DNA of 58,106 nt from Gammaproteobacteria bacterium. Lineage in GTDB: Bacteria; Pseudomonadota; Gammaproteobacteria; Ga0077554; Ga007554. The stretch spans positions 1-58,106 of the forward strand of contig SBBG01000024.1 in NCBI GenBank assembly GCA_005240065.1. The letters are read 5' to 3'. Position 1 is the stretch's first letter. Each line of letters begins with the position of its first letter. The notes beneath the pieces were generated by a model, which ran no database searches, was not told the origin of the DNA, and saw nothing but the letters and a program-made list of their open reading frames with translations. The position numbers and the translations under genes were made by a program. Shown one piece after another: positions 37,198-47,539 of the stretch.

Positions 37198-38450
37198 CAG
37201 CGATCAACCTCTCCGAAAACGATATCCTGGGTACCGATGATAGCCACCACGTCTGCGATCATGTGTCCGCGCGACATCTCATCGAGGCCCGCGATATGGG
37301 CGAACCCCGGGGCGCGGATCTTCATCCGGTAAGGCTTGTTGGCGCCATCGGACACCAGATAAATGCCGAACTCCCCCTTGGGATGCTCCACCGCTGCATA
37401 GGCCTCGCCCTCGGGCAGGCAGAACCCTTCCGTGAACAGCTTGAAGTGATGAATCAACCCCTCCATATCGCCCTTCATCTCCTCGCGCTTGGGCGGAGCG
37501 ATCTTGTGGTTACTGGTAATCACCGGGCCGGGATTCTTGCGCAGCCAATCGATGCACTGCTTGATGATGCGGTTCGACTGACGCATTTCCTCGACACGCA
37601 CCAAGTAGCGGTCGTAGCAATCGCCATTCACGCCGACTGGAATATCGAAATCGAGGCGATCGTAAACCTCGTAAGGCTGTTTCTTACGCAGATCCCAGGC
37701 CACGCCCGAACCACGCAACATGGGTCCGGTAAACCCGAGCTGTAAGGCGCGCTCCGGCGAGACCACGCCGATGCCGACGGTGCGCTGCTTCCAGATGCGA
37801 TTCTCGGTGAGCAGCGTCTCGTATTCGTCGATGTATCCCGGAAAACGCTGGGTGAAGTCTTCGATGAAATCGAGCAATGAACCCTGGCGGTTGCTGTTGA
37901 GGCGATCCACTTCCTTCTGATTGTGCCACTTGGAAGGCTGGTAATGGGGCATGGTATCGGGCAGATCGCGGTACACGCCGCCCGGACGGTAATAGGCCGC
38001 ATGCATGCGCGCACCAGACACCGCCTCGTAGCAATCCAGCAGATCCTCGCGCTCGCGGAAACAGTACAGGAACACCGTCATGGCGCCGATGTCGAGCGCG
38101 TGCGCGCCCAGCCACAGCAGATGATTGAGGGCGCGCGTGATCTCGTCGAACATGACGCGGATGTACTGCGCGCGCAGCGGCGGTTCGATGCCGAGCAACT
38201 TTTCTATCGCCAGGACATAGCCATGCTCGTTGCACATCATGGACACGTAATCAAGGCGATCCATGTAGGGCACGCTCTGGATATAGGGTTTGCTCTCGGC
38301 CAGTTTCTCGGTGGCGCGATGCAGCAATCCGATGTGCGGATCGGCACGCTCGATCACCTCGCCGTCCATCTCCAGCACCAGGCGCAGTACGCCGTGCGCG
38401 GATGGATGCTGCGGGCCGAAATTCAAGGTGTAATTACGTATTTCAGCCAC
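37197..38450 (-). CDS. nuoD: NADH-quinone oxidoreductase subunit D
   Basis: ORF 417 aa. Starts [24 protein letters not shown]. Not fused to nuoC. Confidence 0.95.
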   Translation of the reverse strand: MAEIRNYTLNFGPQHPSAHGVLRLVLEMDGEVIERADPHIGLLHRATEKLAESKPYIQSVPYMDRLDYVSMMCNEHGYVLAIEKLLGIEPPLRAQYIRVMFDEITRALNHLLWLGAHALDIGAMTVFLYCFREREDLLDCYEAVSGARMHAAYYRPGGVYRDLPDTMPHYQPSKWHNQKEVDRLNSNRQGSLLDFIEDFTQRFPGYIDEYETLLTENRIWKQRTVGIGVVSPERALQLGFTGPMLRGSGVAWDLRKKQPYEVYDRLDFDIPVGVNGDCYDRYLVRVEEMRQSNRIIKQCIDWLRKNPGPVITSNHKIAPPKREEMKGDMEGLIHHFKLFTEGFCLPEGEAYAAVEHPKGEFGIYLVSDGANKPYRMKIRAPGFAHIAGLDEMSRGHMIADVVAIIGTQDIVFGEVDR

Positions 38451-39060
38451 CTTTGGCCTCCTTCACACCCTTCTCATAACGATTGTCATGGCGGATGACG
38501 CGCGGCACCAGGATGCGCGGCTCAATGCTTACCGGCTCGTACACCACACGCTTTTTCTCCGGGTCGTAACGCATCTCGACATTGCCGATGAGCGGAAAAT
38601 CCTTGCGGAACGGATGGCCGATGAAGCCGTAATCGGTGAGGATGCGACGCAGGTCGGGATGGCCGTCGAACAGAATGCCGAACAGATCGAATGCCTCGCG
38701 CTCGAACCAGTTGGCCACGGCCCAGACATCGATCACGGAGTCGATGCGCGGCAAATCGTCGTCGACGAAAACCTTGAGACGCAGACGCCGGTTATTCTTG
38801 ATGGACAATAAATGGTAAACTACGGCGAAACGCGGACCGCTCCAGCGCCCTTCACCGTATTCCAGGTAATCCACGCCACACAGATCGATCAATTGCTCAA
38901 AGGCGAACGCCGGTTCATCACGCAGCGCGACGCACACTTCCCGCAGCTTTTCGCGTCGCACTTCGACGGTCGCCTCGCCCACGGCGACGCGACATGCCGT
39001 CAGGCTGTCGCCAAAGTGCTCTTCAAGGCTCACCGCAAGATTGTTTATCACTTCGGACAT
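38443..39060 (-). CDS. nuoC: NADH-quinone oxidoreductase subunit C
   Basis: ORF 38443..39081. ATG 39060 lies just after the nuoB stop. Confidence 0.9.
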   Translation of the reverse strand: MSEVINNLAVSLEEHFGDSLTACRVAVGEATVEVRREKLREVCVALRDEPAFAFEQLIDLCGVDYLEYGEGRWSGPRFAVVYHLLSIKNNRRLRLKVFVDDDLPRIDSVIDVWAVANWFEREAFDLFGILFDGHPDLRRILTDYGFIGHPFRKDFPLIGNVEMRYDPEKKRVVYEPVSIEPRILVPRVIRHDNRYEKGVKEAKGG

Positions 39061-39070
39061 GGATCGATAC

Positions 39071-39547
39071 TCAGCGCGCAATGGTGTTGGTACGCTTGAT
39101 CTTGTTCTGCAACTGGATCACGCCGTACAGCAATGCCTCCGCAGTGGGCGGGCAACCTGGAACATAAATGTCCACCGGCACGATGCGGTCACAACCGCGC
39201 ACCACCGAGTAAGAATAATGGTAATAGCCGCCGCCATTGGCGCAGGAGCCCATGGAGATCACCCAGCGCGGTTCGGACATCTGGTCATAGACCTTGCGCA
39301 GAGCAGGCGCCATCTTGTTGACCAGCGTGCCCGCCACTACCATCACGTCCGACTGACGCGGGCTGGGACGAAACACCACACCGAAGCGGTCCAGATCATA
39401 GCGCGCGGCACCGGCGTGCATCATCTCCACGGCGCAGCAGGCCAGGCCAAAGGTCATGGGCCAGAGTGAGCCAGTGCGCGCCCAGTTGATCAGTGTGTCG
39501 GCCGTGGTGGTGACCACGCCCTTCTCAAGCATGCCCTCTATTCCCAT
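39071..39547 (-). CDS. nuoB: NADH-quinone oxidoreductase subunit B
   Basis: ORF 39071..39568. Canonical N-terminus [14 protein letters not shown] from ATG 39547. Cluster N2 Cys residues (GLACCAVEM). Confidence 0.95.
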   Translation of the reverse strand: MGIEGMLEKGVVTTTADTLINWARTGSLWPMTFGLACCAVEMMHAGAARYDLDRFGVVFRPSPRQSDVMVVAGTLVNKMAPALRKVYDQMSEPRWVISMGSCANGGGYYHYSYSVVRGCDRIVPVDIYVPGCPPTAEALLYGVIQLQNKIKRTNTIAR

Positions 39548-39894
39548 TCCAAGGCTCCCTTCTTCCATTCATAGATGAAGCCGATGACGAGGATGCCGAG
39601 AAACACCACCATCGCCAGAAAACCGAACATGCCGATCTCACTGAGCACAGCCGCCCAGGGAAACAAAAAGGCGATTTCCAGATCGAAGACGATGAACAGG
39701 ATGGCAACCAGATAGAAGCGCACATCGAACTTCATGCGCGAATCTTCAAACGCTTCGAAACCGCATTCATAGGGAGAAAGTTTTTCGCTGTCAGGACGGT
39801 TCGGCGCGAGAATGGCGCCCGCAACGACCGGCGCCACGCCGAAAAAAACGCCCAGCGCGAGAAAAACCAAAACGGGCAAATAATTGTCTAGCAT
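39538..39894 (-). CDS. nuoA: NADH-quinone oxidoreductase subunit A
   Basis: ORF 39538..39945. ATG 39894 ([12 protein letters not shown]) gives the canonical length of about 118 aa. Confidence 0.9.
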   Translation of the reverse strand: MLDNYLPVLVFLALGVFFGVAPVVAGAILAPNRPDSEKLSPYECGFEAFEDSRMKFDVRFYLVAILFIVFDLEIAFLFPWAAVLSEIGMFGFLAMVVFLGILVIGFIYEWKKGALEWE

Positions 39895-40154
39895 TTCCCT
39901 ACCCCACCCAATAAAGAAAAATATAGCCCAGTGTCCGCCATGCACGATAACGGAGCATTTTTATTACTTTAGTAAAAAATACCGGGCGAGATTTCGAGTC
40001 TAGGTCAGACAACGAGATGCTGTCAAGCGCTTAACTGAAATTAATTGGCATACAATTCATAAGGATGCGAAAGCGACAGGAAAGCCGCACACCAGCGAAA
40101 CGCGAGCAGCACGGCGCGCTAAGATGGCGTACGCGTAACGGGAAACACAACACT

Positions 40155-40171
40155 TTGATTTTTAAAATCAA
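40155..40171. promoter_or_regulatory. 17-bp dyad TTGATTTT-T-AAAATCAA upstream of nuoA
   Basis: 8-1-8 perfect inverted repeat about 270 bp upstream of the nuoA ATG. FNR-like half-sites, but spaced N7 rather than N4. Confidence 0.3.
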
Positions 40172-40230
40172 TTTAGCCAAAAAATTCCTTTTTTGGCCAT
40201 TCGGAGAAGAAATTTGCTGGTTAGTTTGTT

Positions 40231-40260
40231 TTTAAAAAGAAATCCCCGGCAAACCGGGGA
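40231..40260 (-). terminator. Intrinsic terminator after tRNA-Leu
   Basis: Minus strand: TCCCCGG-TTTG-CCGGGGA followed by TTTCTTTTT. Confidence 0.8.
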
Positions 40261-40271
40261 TTATAGTTGTA

Positions 40272-40357
40272 TGGTGCCGATGGCCGGACTCGAACCGGCA
40301 CGGCTTACGCCACCACCACCTCAAGATGGCGTGTCTACCAAATTCCACCACATCGGC
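40272..40357 (-). tRNA. tRNA-Leu (anticodon GAG)
   Basis: Hand fold. Acceptor GCCGATG/CATCGGC plus ACCA. Anticodon stem CCATC/GGTGG with loop TTGAGGT. Long variable arm. T-loop GGTTCGAGTCC. Confidence 0.9.
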
Positions 40358-40458
40358 TTATTTGTTGATTGAGTAACGAGTTACGAGCATCAAGACCTGA
40401 ATAGAACCACGCTTTCCTCGAAATTACTCGCTACTCTTAACTCGTTACTTTTTTGTAA

Positions 40459-40806
40459 TTATTGTTTCGGCACTACCGGCACGTCGGCAGGCGCCGCCGG
40501 GACCATGCCTGCGGGCTGCTGTACCGGGGCGGTTTGCGCCGGAACGGCCGTTTCCGTCACGCTTTTTCTTCCAGTGCTGGTGGCTGATATATAGGCCAGC
40601 GCCAGACTGGTGACAAAAAACAGCGTGGCGAGCACGGCGGTCGCCCGGCTCAAAAAGGAAGCCGAACCGCGGCTGCCGAACACCGTCTGCGATGCACCGC
40701 TACCGAACGCTGCGCCAATGTCCGCGCCCTTGCCCTGCTGAACCAGCACCAGACCGATCAGGCCAATGGTTACCAGCACATGCACAATGATAAGAATCGT
40801 CTGCAT
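40459..40806 (-). CDS. secG: Preprotein translocase subunit SecG
   Basis: ORF 115 aa. Contains [27 protein letters not shown]. Confidence 0.9.
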   Translation of the reverse strand: MQTILIIVHVLVTIGLIGLVLVQQGKGADIGAAFGSGASQTVFGSRGSASFLSRATAVLATLFFVTSLALAYISATSTGRKSVTETAVPAQTAPVQQPAGMVPAAPADVPVVPKQ

Positions 40807-40832
40807 TTAACGTTGAAATCCCAATATGGTTT

Positions 40833-41588
40833 CTAGCCAGCCGCCCGGCAAATCGTGAGAAACTCCTGCGCATCCAGCGAAGCGCCGCCGATCAGGCCGC
40901 CGTCGATGTCCGGCATTCTGAACAGCTCTTGCGCGTTGGATGCCTTCACGCTGCCGCCGTAAAGAATCTGGATCCTGGCTGCGATCTCCGCGTCGCGCAT
41001 TGCAATGCGCCGCCGGATGAAGGCATGCACATCCTGAGCCTGCTCGGGACTCGCCGTTCTGCCCGTGCCTATTGCCCAGATCGGCTCATAGGCGATGATG
41101 GTGTTCGCCAGAGCCTCAAGGCCGCCGGACACATGCAGCACGGAGTCCAACTGACGCCCCACGACATGCTCAGTCACACCGTTTTCACGGTCTTCGAGCA
41201 ATTCACCGACACACAGGATAGGCTTGAGACCAGCCCTGGAGGCGGCAACCAGTTTGCGCACCACGGTCTCGTCGGTCTCCCCGAACAGGGCGCGCCGCTC
41301 GGAGTGACCCACGATAACATAAGCGCAGCCAAAATCCATGAGCATGGCGGCCGAGGTCTCGCCGGTATAGGCGCCGGACGCCGCAAAATATAGATTCTGC
41401 GCTCCCAACATCACCGCGGAGCCTTCGAGCAGCGCAGCGACATCGGCAAGATAAACGAAGGGCGGGCACACGGCGACCCGAACCTGACCGACGCCGTCCA
41501 GCCCCGCCTTGACCCCCTCCACCAACGCTCGCACGCTGGCCCGAGAGCCGTTCATTTTCCAGTTTCCCGCGACCAGCGGCTGGCGCAT
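40833..41588 (-). CDS. tpiA: Triosephosphate isomerase
   Basis: ORF 40833..41663. Canonical start MRQPLVAGNWKMNG at ATG 41588. Active-site motifs IVGHSERR and YEPIWAIGTG. Confidence 0.95.
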   Translation of the reverse strand: MRQPLVAGNWKMNGSRASVRALVEGVKAGLDGVGQVRVAVCPPFVYLADVAALLEGSAVMLGAQNLYFAASGAYTGETSAAMLMDFGCAYVIVGHSERRALFGETDETVVRKLVAASRAGLKPILCVGELLEDRENGVTEHVVGRQLDSVLHVSGGLEALANTIIAYEPIWAIGTGRTASPEQAQDVHAFIRRRIAMRDAEIAARIQILYGGSVKASNAQELFRMPDIDGGLIGGASLDAQEFLTICRAAG

Positions 41589-41659
41589 CCTGTATCCTCG
41601 AAATTCTTGCAAATAATTGAGAGGCGGAATGTTACAGACAATGACGGGAGAAATCAATT

Positions 41660-42214
41660 TCAAGACGCCGGCAAACTGAAAATGCGCTCCCGGTAATACT
41701 TCAACTCATTGATGGAGTCGCGGATGTCCTGCAGCGCGAGGTGGACCGATTCCTTGGTGAAACCGGCGGCAACGGCGGGCGCCCAGCGCAAGGCCAACTC
41801 CTTGACCGTGCTCACGTCGAGATTGCGGTAATGGAAATACCGCTCCAAGGCGGGCATGCAGCGGTAGAGAAAACGGCGATCCTGGCAGATGCTGTTGCCG
41901 CACATGGGAGATTTGCCGGCGGGCACATGCCTGCCGATGAAATCCAGCGTAAGCTGCGCCGCGTCGGTCTCGTTGAAGGTACTGGCGCGCACCCGGTCGA
42001 GCAGGCCCGATTTGCCGTGCTGGTTCTGGTTCCACTCGTCCATCTTCGCCAGCACAGCCTCGTTCTGGTGAATGGCCAATACCGGCCCTTCATCTATGAT
42101 ATTCAGTTGCGAATCGGTGACGATGGTGGCTATCTCGATGATATAATCGTTGCTGGGATCAAGGCCCGTCATCTCCAGGTCGATCCAGATCAGGTTGCTG
42201 GGATTTTGCGCCAT
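41660..42214 (-). CDS. orn: Oligoribonuclease
   Basis: ORF 41660..42247. The DEDDh N-terminus [12 protein letters not shown] follows ATG 42214. Confidence 0.95.
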   Translation of the reverse strand: MAQNPSNLIWIDLEMTGLDPSNDYIIEIATIVTDSQLNIIDEGPVLAIHQNEAVLAKMDEWNQNQHGKSGLLDRVRASTFNETDAAQLTLDFIGRHVPAGKSPMCGNSICQDRRFLYRCMPALERYFHYRNLDVSTVKELALRWAPAVAAGFTKESVHLALQDIRDSINELKYYRERIFSLPAS

Positions 42215-42292
42215 AAGGCTTTTTTCCTTTAATGGAACCGGTTTCAATACCGCGCATTCTAACCTAAAAACGTTTGTTGGAACCCACCGGGA

Positions 42293-43549
42293 ATGTCCTC
42301 TTTCACTCTTCTGTTTCTAGCCACGCTCGCGCTCAGCGCCGGCATACGGCTGTGGCTGGCGCAACGCCAGCGGAACCATGTGCTGGAACATCGCAACGCG
42401 CCGCCCGCCGCTTTTCGCGACAAGATCCCGGCCAGCGCCCATCAGCGCGCGGCGGATTACACCGTCGCCAAGATCCGGCTCGAAACCCTGGATATCTTCA
42501 TCGGCGCCGTTGTGTTGCTGGGCTGGACGCTGGGCGGCGGGCTGGATCTGGCCGACAGCGCCTGGCGCAACCTGGAGCTGTCGCCGCTCACCACGGGGGT
42601 GGGTGTATTGCTCACGGTTTTCATCGTATCGCAATTGCTAGATCTGCCCCTTTCCGTCTACCACACCTTCGGCCTCGAACAACGCTTCGGCTTCAACCGC
42701 ACCTCGCCGAAGATATTTATCAGCGATCTGCTCAAACAGGGAATTCTGCTGCTCGCGCTGGGCACACCCCTGGCGTGGGCCGTGCTCTGGCTGCTGGAAA
42801 ATGCCGGGGCACTGTGGTGGCTCTACACCTGGGCGGTGTGGATGGGATTCATGCTGCTGATGATGTGGGCTTATCCGGCATTCATCGCCCCGCTGTTCAA
42901 CAAGTTTCAGCCGCTGGCGGACGAAGGGCTGCGAGACCGTGTCCTCGCCCTGCTGAGCCGGAACGGCTTCGCCAGCCAGGGCATTTTCGTTATGGACGGC
43001 TCACGCCGTTCGGGGCATGGCAACGCCTACTTCACCGGCCTGGGCGCGAACAAGCGCATCGTCTTTTTCGACACCCTGCTCGACAAACTCACCCATGATG
43101 AAATCGAGGCCGTGCTGGCGCACGAACTCGGTCACTTCAAGCGCCGACACATTCACAAACGCATCCTGCTGACGGCGGCCCTGACTCTGGCGGGACTCGC
43201 CATCCTCGGCGGACTGCTGGCCCAGCCCTGGTTCTATAACGGGCTGGGCGTGTCGCAACCGTCGTCATACATGGGACTGATCCTGTTCCTGTTGGTGGCG
43301 CCGGTATTCAACTTCTTCATGCAGCCGGTAATGGCTTGGCTGATGCGCAAGCACGAATTCGAGGCCGATGATTTCGCGGCACGGCAGAGCGATCCACAGA
43401 ATCTGATCCGCGCCCTGGTCAAACTGTACGAAGAAAACGCCGCGACGCTGACGCCGGACCCGCTTTATTCGGCATACCACGATTCGCACCCGCCGGCGCC
43501 GGTGCGCATTGCCCACTTATCTGCTAAATTAAACGTCCAACCATCATGA
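42293..43549 (+). CDS. M48-family (Ste24/HtpX-like) integral-membrane zinc metallopeptidase
   Basis: ORF 418 aa, multiple TM segments, HELGH zinc motif. Confidence 0.85.
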   Translation: MSSFTLLFLATLALSAGIRLWLAQRQRNHVLEHRNAPPAAFRDKIPASAHQRAADYTVAKIRLETLDIFIGAVVLLGWTLGGGLDLADSAWRNLELSPLTTGVGVLLTVFIVSQLLDLPLSVYHTFGLEQRFGFNRTSPKIFISDLLKQGILLLALGTPLAWAVLWLLENAGALWWLYTWAVWMGFMLLMMWAYPAFIAPLFNKFQPLADEGLRDRVLALLSRNGFASQGIFVMDGSRRSGHGNAYFTGLGANKRIVFFDTLLDKLTHDEIEAVLAHELGHFKRRHIHKRILLTAALTLAGLAILGGLLAQPWFYNGLGVSQPSSYMGLILFLLVAPVFNFFMQPVMAWLMRKHEFEADDFAARQSDPQNLIRALVKLYEENAATLTPDPLYSAYHDSHPPAPVRIAHLSAKLNVQPS

Positions 43550-43564
43550 AGAGGGAATATCTCG

Positions 43565-43861
43565 ATGAATCACAACCGCTTCTTGCTAGGTAATACCGCG
43601 CTCCTTCTGCTTGCCGCGGCGTTTTATGCCGGACATGCCAAGGCCGCCGATCTCGCACAAGGCAAGAAACTTTACGAAGCCAATTGCTTCGCCTGCCACG
43701 ACTCCAGCATCCACACCCGTAAAGAGACCATCATCCACTCGCTGTCAGCACTCAAAAAGCGCGTGCAATTCTGCGAAAGCATGAACAAGCTGGGTTGGTC
43801 CGACAAGCAAAAAGACGATGTGGTCGCCTATCTCAATGGCGCCTTTTACAAATTCAAATAA
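43565..43861 (+). CDS. Small periplasmic c-type cytochrome
   Basis: ORF 98 aa. Signal peptide and a single CFACH haem-binding motif. Confidence 0.7.
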   Translation: MNHNRFLLGNTALLLLAAAFYAGHAKAADLAQGKKLYEANCFACHDSSIHTRKETIIHSLSALKKRVQFCESMNKLGWSDKQKDDVVAYLNGAFYKFK

Positions 43862-43863
43862 CG

Positions 43864-44208
43864 ATGATCGATCTCGCCGCCAAGCGCTGCCGTCCCTGCA
43901 GGCCAGGGGAACCCGCTCTCGGCGGGACGGAGGCGCTTGAGCTGCTTGCACACCTGCCCGGCTGGCAGATCGACGACCGAGGCACTGAAATCAGCCGCAC
44001 TTTCACCTTCAAAAACTATTACCAGACGATCGCTTTCGTCAACGCCCTGGCCTGGATCGCCCACCAGGAAAACCACCACCCCACCCTCACCGTCCATTAC
44101 AACCGCTGCGAAGTGCGCTACAGCACGCACGCTGCCGGCGGCCTGTCGGAAAACGACTTCATCTGCGCGGCGAAGATTGACGCCTTGTTGGGGACAGGAC
44201 TCAGGTAA
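43864..44208 (+). CDS. Pterin-4-alpha-carbinolamine dehydratase
   Basis: 3' part of ORF 43795..44208. Family core FVNALAWIAHQENHHPTLTVHYNRCEV. ATG at 43864. Confidence 0.85.
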   Translation: MIDLAAKRCRPCRPGEPALGGTEALELLAHLPGWQIDDRGTEISRTFTFKNYYQTIAFVNALAWIAHQENHHPTLTVHYNRCEVRYSTHAAGGLSENDFICAAKIDALLGTGLR

Positions 44209-44275
44209 TCCCACCGCCAGCCGCTAATGTCCGGCATGGGCGATCTCGTAAGAAGTATTTTGAATACAAAATTAC

Positions 44276-44322
44276 TTGACAACGTTCCACTCCATCAATA
44301 AAGTGTATTTTTGTTACATCTT
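44276..44322 (+). promoter_or_regulatory. Promoter TTGACA-17-TAAAGT with an overlapping NsrR-like 11-1-11 imperfect dyad (44300-44322)
   Basis: -35 at 44276-44281 and -10 at 44299-44304. AAAGTGTATTT-T-TGTTACATCTT matches 15 of 22 positions of AAGATGCATTT-N-AAATGCATCTT; that consensus is quoted from memory. Confidence 0.4.
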
Positions 44323-44386
44323 TAAAAGGATCATTACTGCACATGGAGGTTATATCCAATCATGGTCTTTACAGAGGAGATCCTTC

Positions 44387-44755
44387 ATGACTGCAAGTTT
44401 GTATGAGAAATTAGGTGCCGCGGCGGCGGTGGATGCGGCGGTTGACATCTTCTATCGCAAGGTTCTGAGCGACGACCGCATCAACGCGTTCTTCGAGGGC
44501 GTTGATATGGACAAACAGGCCGCAAAACAGAAAGCCTTTTTGACCTTCGCCTTCGGCGGACCCCATAACTACACCGGCAAGGACATGCGCACCGCTCACG
44601 CTCATCTGGTGCAGCAGGGCCTGAATGACACACATTTCAATGCTGTGGCAGGACACCTTAAGACGACACTGGAAGAGCTCAACGTCCCCGGCGATCTGAT
44701 CGCCCAAGTGCTGGGGATCGCGGAAAGCACTCGCAACGACGTGTTGGGCCGGTAA
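44387..44755 (+). CDS. glbN: Group I truncated haemoglobin (trHbN)
   Basis: 3' part of ORF 44276..44755. B9-B10 Phe-Tyr (VDIFYRKV), Gly-Gly hinge (FAFGGP), proximal His (MRTAHAHL). RBS AGAGGAGA precedes ATG 44387. Confidence 0.85.
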   Translation: MTASLYEKLGAAAAVDAAVDIFYRKVLSDDRINAFFEGVDMDKQAAKQKAFLTFAFGGPHNYTGKDMRTAHAHLVQQGLNDTHFNAVAGHLKTTLEELNVPGDLIAQVLGIAESTRNDVLGR

Positions 44756-44765
44756 CTAAGCCATG

Positions 44766-44791
44766 CGCCTCTCCCGGCAGAGGGAGAGGCG
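44766..44791. repeat. REP-B-like hairpin (CGCCTCTCCC-GGCAGA-GGGAGAGGCG) between glbN and the reductase gene
   Basis: 10-bp perfect arms. No T-tract follows. Confidence 0.85.
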
Positions 44792-44834
44792 TGACTTATC
44801 TCCGAAAACCTCTCTAACACGAAAGAGGTGCACG

Positions 44835-45827
44835 ATGCCATATATCCGCTTCGAGGGAAAAAGCCACGAATGCCGGGACGATGAATCCGTTCTCGATTGC
44901 CTGATACGGCATGGCATAACGATTACGTCATCCTGCCGCAGCGGCGTCTGCCAGACCTGCCTGATGCGCGCAACCGAGGGACAAGTGCCGGAGGCGGCAC
45001 AGCAAGGGCTCAAGGAAACCCTGCGGGCGCGGAACTATTTTCTGGCGTGCGTGTGTAAACCCAAGGGTGATCTCGGCGTCGCCTGCCCCGATGCGATGGC
45101 GAGCACCCGAACCCAGGTCACCGTGTTGGCCAAAGAGATTCTGGACGGCAACATCGTCCGCCTGAGACTGGGATGCCCCATTCCACTGGATTACCGCCCC
45201 GGGCAATTTTTGCATCTACACCGCGTCGATGGTCTGGTGCGCAGCTACTCCATCGCCAGCCTGCCGCAGAGCGAAGAAGCTATCGAACTGCACGTCCGCC
45301 ACCTGCCGGGGGGGCGCATGAGCGGCTGGATAAACGACACCTTGCGTCCGGGAGATACAGTGGAAGTCTCGCAACCCGCCGGCCAGTGCTTTTATCTGCC
45401 TGGGCAACCCGAGCAAGGTTTGTTGTTGATCGGCACAGGATCCGGCCTGGCCCCTCTGTGGGGCATCACGCGCGACGCCCTTGCGCAAGGACATAGCGGC
45501 TCCATCCATTTATATCACGGCAGCCACGGCCCGGACGGACTGTACCTGGTGCAGGAGCTGCGCGCACTGGCGCAGCGTCATCCCAATTTCCGCTACACCC
45601 CCTGCGTGTCCGGCCCGAACGTACCCGAAGGGTATGCCGCGGGACGGGCCGAGGACATCGCGTTTTCCCAACTGCCCAAGCTGGCGGGTTGGCGCGTCTT
45701 TCTCTGCGGCCACCCTGGCATGGTCGCCAAGGCCAGGAAAAAGGCCTTCCTCTCCGGCGCGTCGATGAAGGATATTTATGCCGATCCTTTCGTGATCGCG
45801 CCAGACACCAACCAATCGGCAGCGTAG
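44835..45827 (+). CDS. [2Fe-2S] ferredoxin domain fused to an FNR-family FAD/NAD(P)H oxidoreductase
   Basis: 3' part of ORF 44763..45827. Plant-type cluster CRSGVCQTC...C, FAD motif RSYSIAS, NAD(P) motif LLIGTGSGLAP. RBS AAGAGG precedes ATG 44835. Confidence 0.85.
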   Translation: MPYIRFEGKSHECRDDESVLDCLIRHGITITSSCRSGVCQTCLMRATEGQVPEAAQQGLKETLRARNYFLACVCKPKGDLGVACPDAMASTRTQVTVLAKEILDGNIVRLRLGCPIPLDYRPGQFLHLHRVDGLVRSYSIASLPQSEEAIELHVRHLPGGRMSGWINDTLRPGDTVEVSQPAGQCFYLPGQPEQGLLLIGTGSGLAPLWGITRDALAQGHSGSIHLYHGSHGPDGLYLVQELRALAQRHPNFRYTPCVSGPNVPEGYAAGRAEDIAFSQLPKLAGWRVFLCGHPGMVAKARKKAFLSGASMKDIYADPFVIAPDTNQSAA

Positions 45828-45897
45828 CCTTCCAAAAGGCTTTCCATTTTTCGCCGGACAGACTAATCTGCCTCGATAACTTGGCAGAGGCGGAAAA

Positions 45898-46524
45898 ATG
45901 CAGGGCAAATTCATAGTCATCGAGGGCATCGAGGGCGTCGGCAAAAGCACCAATCTGGAATTCATCCGCCGGGAACTCGAGGCGGAAGGAAAGCGGGTCG
46001 TCGTCACGCGCGAACCCGGCGGCACGCCACTGGGCGAGGAAATCCGCAATCTGGTGCTGTCGCACCGCCAGGACGGCATGTCCAGCGATACCGAACTGCT
46101 GCTGATGTTCGCCGCGCGCGCCGAGCATCTGGCCAAGGTGATCGTGCCGGCGCTGGCTGCCGGGCGGTGGGTATTGAGCGACCGCTTCACGGATGCGACC
46201 TATGCCTATCAGGGTGGCGGACGAGGCATCCCCCGCCAACGCATCGCCGAGATGGAGGCATGGGTGCAGGGTCGTTTGCGCCCCGATTTGACGCTATTAT
46301 TGGACGTTCCCGTGGCGATCGGCCTGCAACGCGCCGGGCAACGCAGTGCCCCGGACCGCTTTGAAGCCGAGCACACCGCCTTTTTCGAGCGGGTGCGGCG
46401 CACCTATCTGGACCTGGCACACCTGCATCCGCAACGCTACCGGGTAATCGACGCCTCCCAGCCACTGGAAGACGTTCAGCAGTCCATCAAGGAAGTATTA
46501 ACTGTATTTCTCGCCAGCGTATGA
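45898..46524 (+). CDS. tmk: Thymidylate kinase
   Basis: ORF 208 aa. P-loop IEGIEGVGKST; DRF motif. Confidence 0.95.
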   Translation: MQGKFIVIEGIEGVGKSTNLEFIRRELEAEGKRVVVTREPGGTPLGEEIRNLVLSHRQDGMSSDTELLLMFAARAEHLAKVIVPALAAGRWVLSDRFTDATYAYQGGGRGIPRQRIAEMEAWVQGRLRPDLTLLLDVPVAIGLQRAGQRSAPDRFEAEHTAFFERVRRTYLDLAHLHPQRYRVIDASQPLEDVQQSIKEVLTVFLASV

Positions 46525-46528
46525 GCGT

Positions 46529-47539
46529 ATGAACGAGTTTTTACCTTGGCATGCCGAACCCTGGCGGATGCTCATCGAGCGCCTGCGCCAAGGCCGGTTG
46601 CCGCATGCCCTATTGCTGTGCGGTCCGGAGGGGATCGGCAAGGATCACTTCGCCCGGTTGCTGGTCCAAACCATGCTTTGTGAAACCCCGCGGCCGGACG
46701 ACGGCCAGCCCTGCGGCATATGCCGCGGCTGCCTGCTCAATGCGGCGGGCAGCCACCCGGATAGCCGTGTTGTCGGCTTGCTGGAAGACAAGAAAATCAT
46801 CGGCGTTGACCAGATCCGCGAACTCCGGGAGTATCTGGGCCTGAAATCACACTACGCGGGCCACCGGACGGTGATTATCTCGCCCGCCGAAAAAATGAAC
46901 ACTCAGGCCGCCAACAGCCTGCTCAAAACCCTGGAAGAACCCCCCGCCCGCTCGCTACTGATTCTCGTCGCCAGCCATCCCGGACAACTTCCCGCCACCG
47001 TGCGCAGCCGCTGCCAGCGCGTCACGTTTTCCCTGCCATCGTCCGATACGGCGCAGCGCTGGCTGAGCGAACAAACCGGCCCGCACCAAGACCCTGCCCT
47101 GCTGCTGAGCCTGGCGGGCGGCGCGCCGCTTGCCGCGCTGGAAATCGCCAGGAGCGGTAAAATGGATCAGCGGCTGGCGCTGTTCGAAGATTTCGAGAAA
47201 CTGGCCTGCGGACAGTGCTCCCCCGTCGCCCTGGCCGGGGCTTGGCTCAAATTCGAGACGCAAGAGACGCTATACTGGATGCGGGACTGGCTGACGGACA
47301 TGATCCGCCTCAAATCGGCCACCCAGCCACCCACCCTGATCAACCCCGACGTGCGGCAACGTTTGCAAAACATGGCGGCGATGCTAGACTTGAAAACATT
47401 GTACCAACACCTCGACCGCGTTACCGAGGCGGCGCGGCTGGCGACGGGGCAAATCAACGCGCAATTACTGATGGAAGACGTGCTTATCGCCTGGCAAGCT
47501 CATCTCCCCGGAAAAGGAAAGATCCCCCGACATGGCTGA
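46529..47539 (+). CDS. holB: DNA polymerase III subunit delta prime
   Basis: ORF 336 aa. Contains HALLLCGPEGIGK, a zinc-module Cys cluster (CGICRGC) and SRC (VRSRCQ). Confidence 0.9.
   Translation: MNEFLPWHAEPWRMLIERLRQGRLPHALLLCGPEGIGKDHFARLLVQTMLCETPRPDDGQPCGICRGCLLNAAGSHPDSRVVGLLEDKKIIGVDQIRELREYLGLKSHYAGHRTVIISPAEKMNTQAANSLLKTLEEPPARSLLILVASHPGQLPATVRSRCQRVTFSLPSSDTAQRWLSEQTGPHQDPALLLSLAGGAPLAALEIARSGKMDQRLALFEDFEKLACGQCSPVALAGAWLKFETQETLYWMRDWLTDMIRLKSATQPPTLINPDVRQRLQNMAAMLDLKTLYQHLDRVTEAARLATGQINAQLLMEDVLIAWQAHLPGKGKIPRHG

Noticed and set aside
40372-40455. Long hairpin (AGTAACGAGTTA…TAACTCGTTACT + T6) between secG and tRNA-Leu as a novel element
   Set aside because: It is most simply a spacer or processing structure, or a plus-strand-oriented terminator shielding the secG/tRNA unit from antisense read-through. 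It is a single copy with no coding or repeat-family link.
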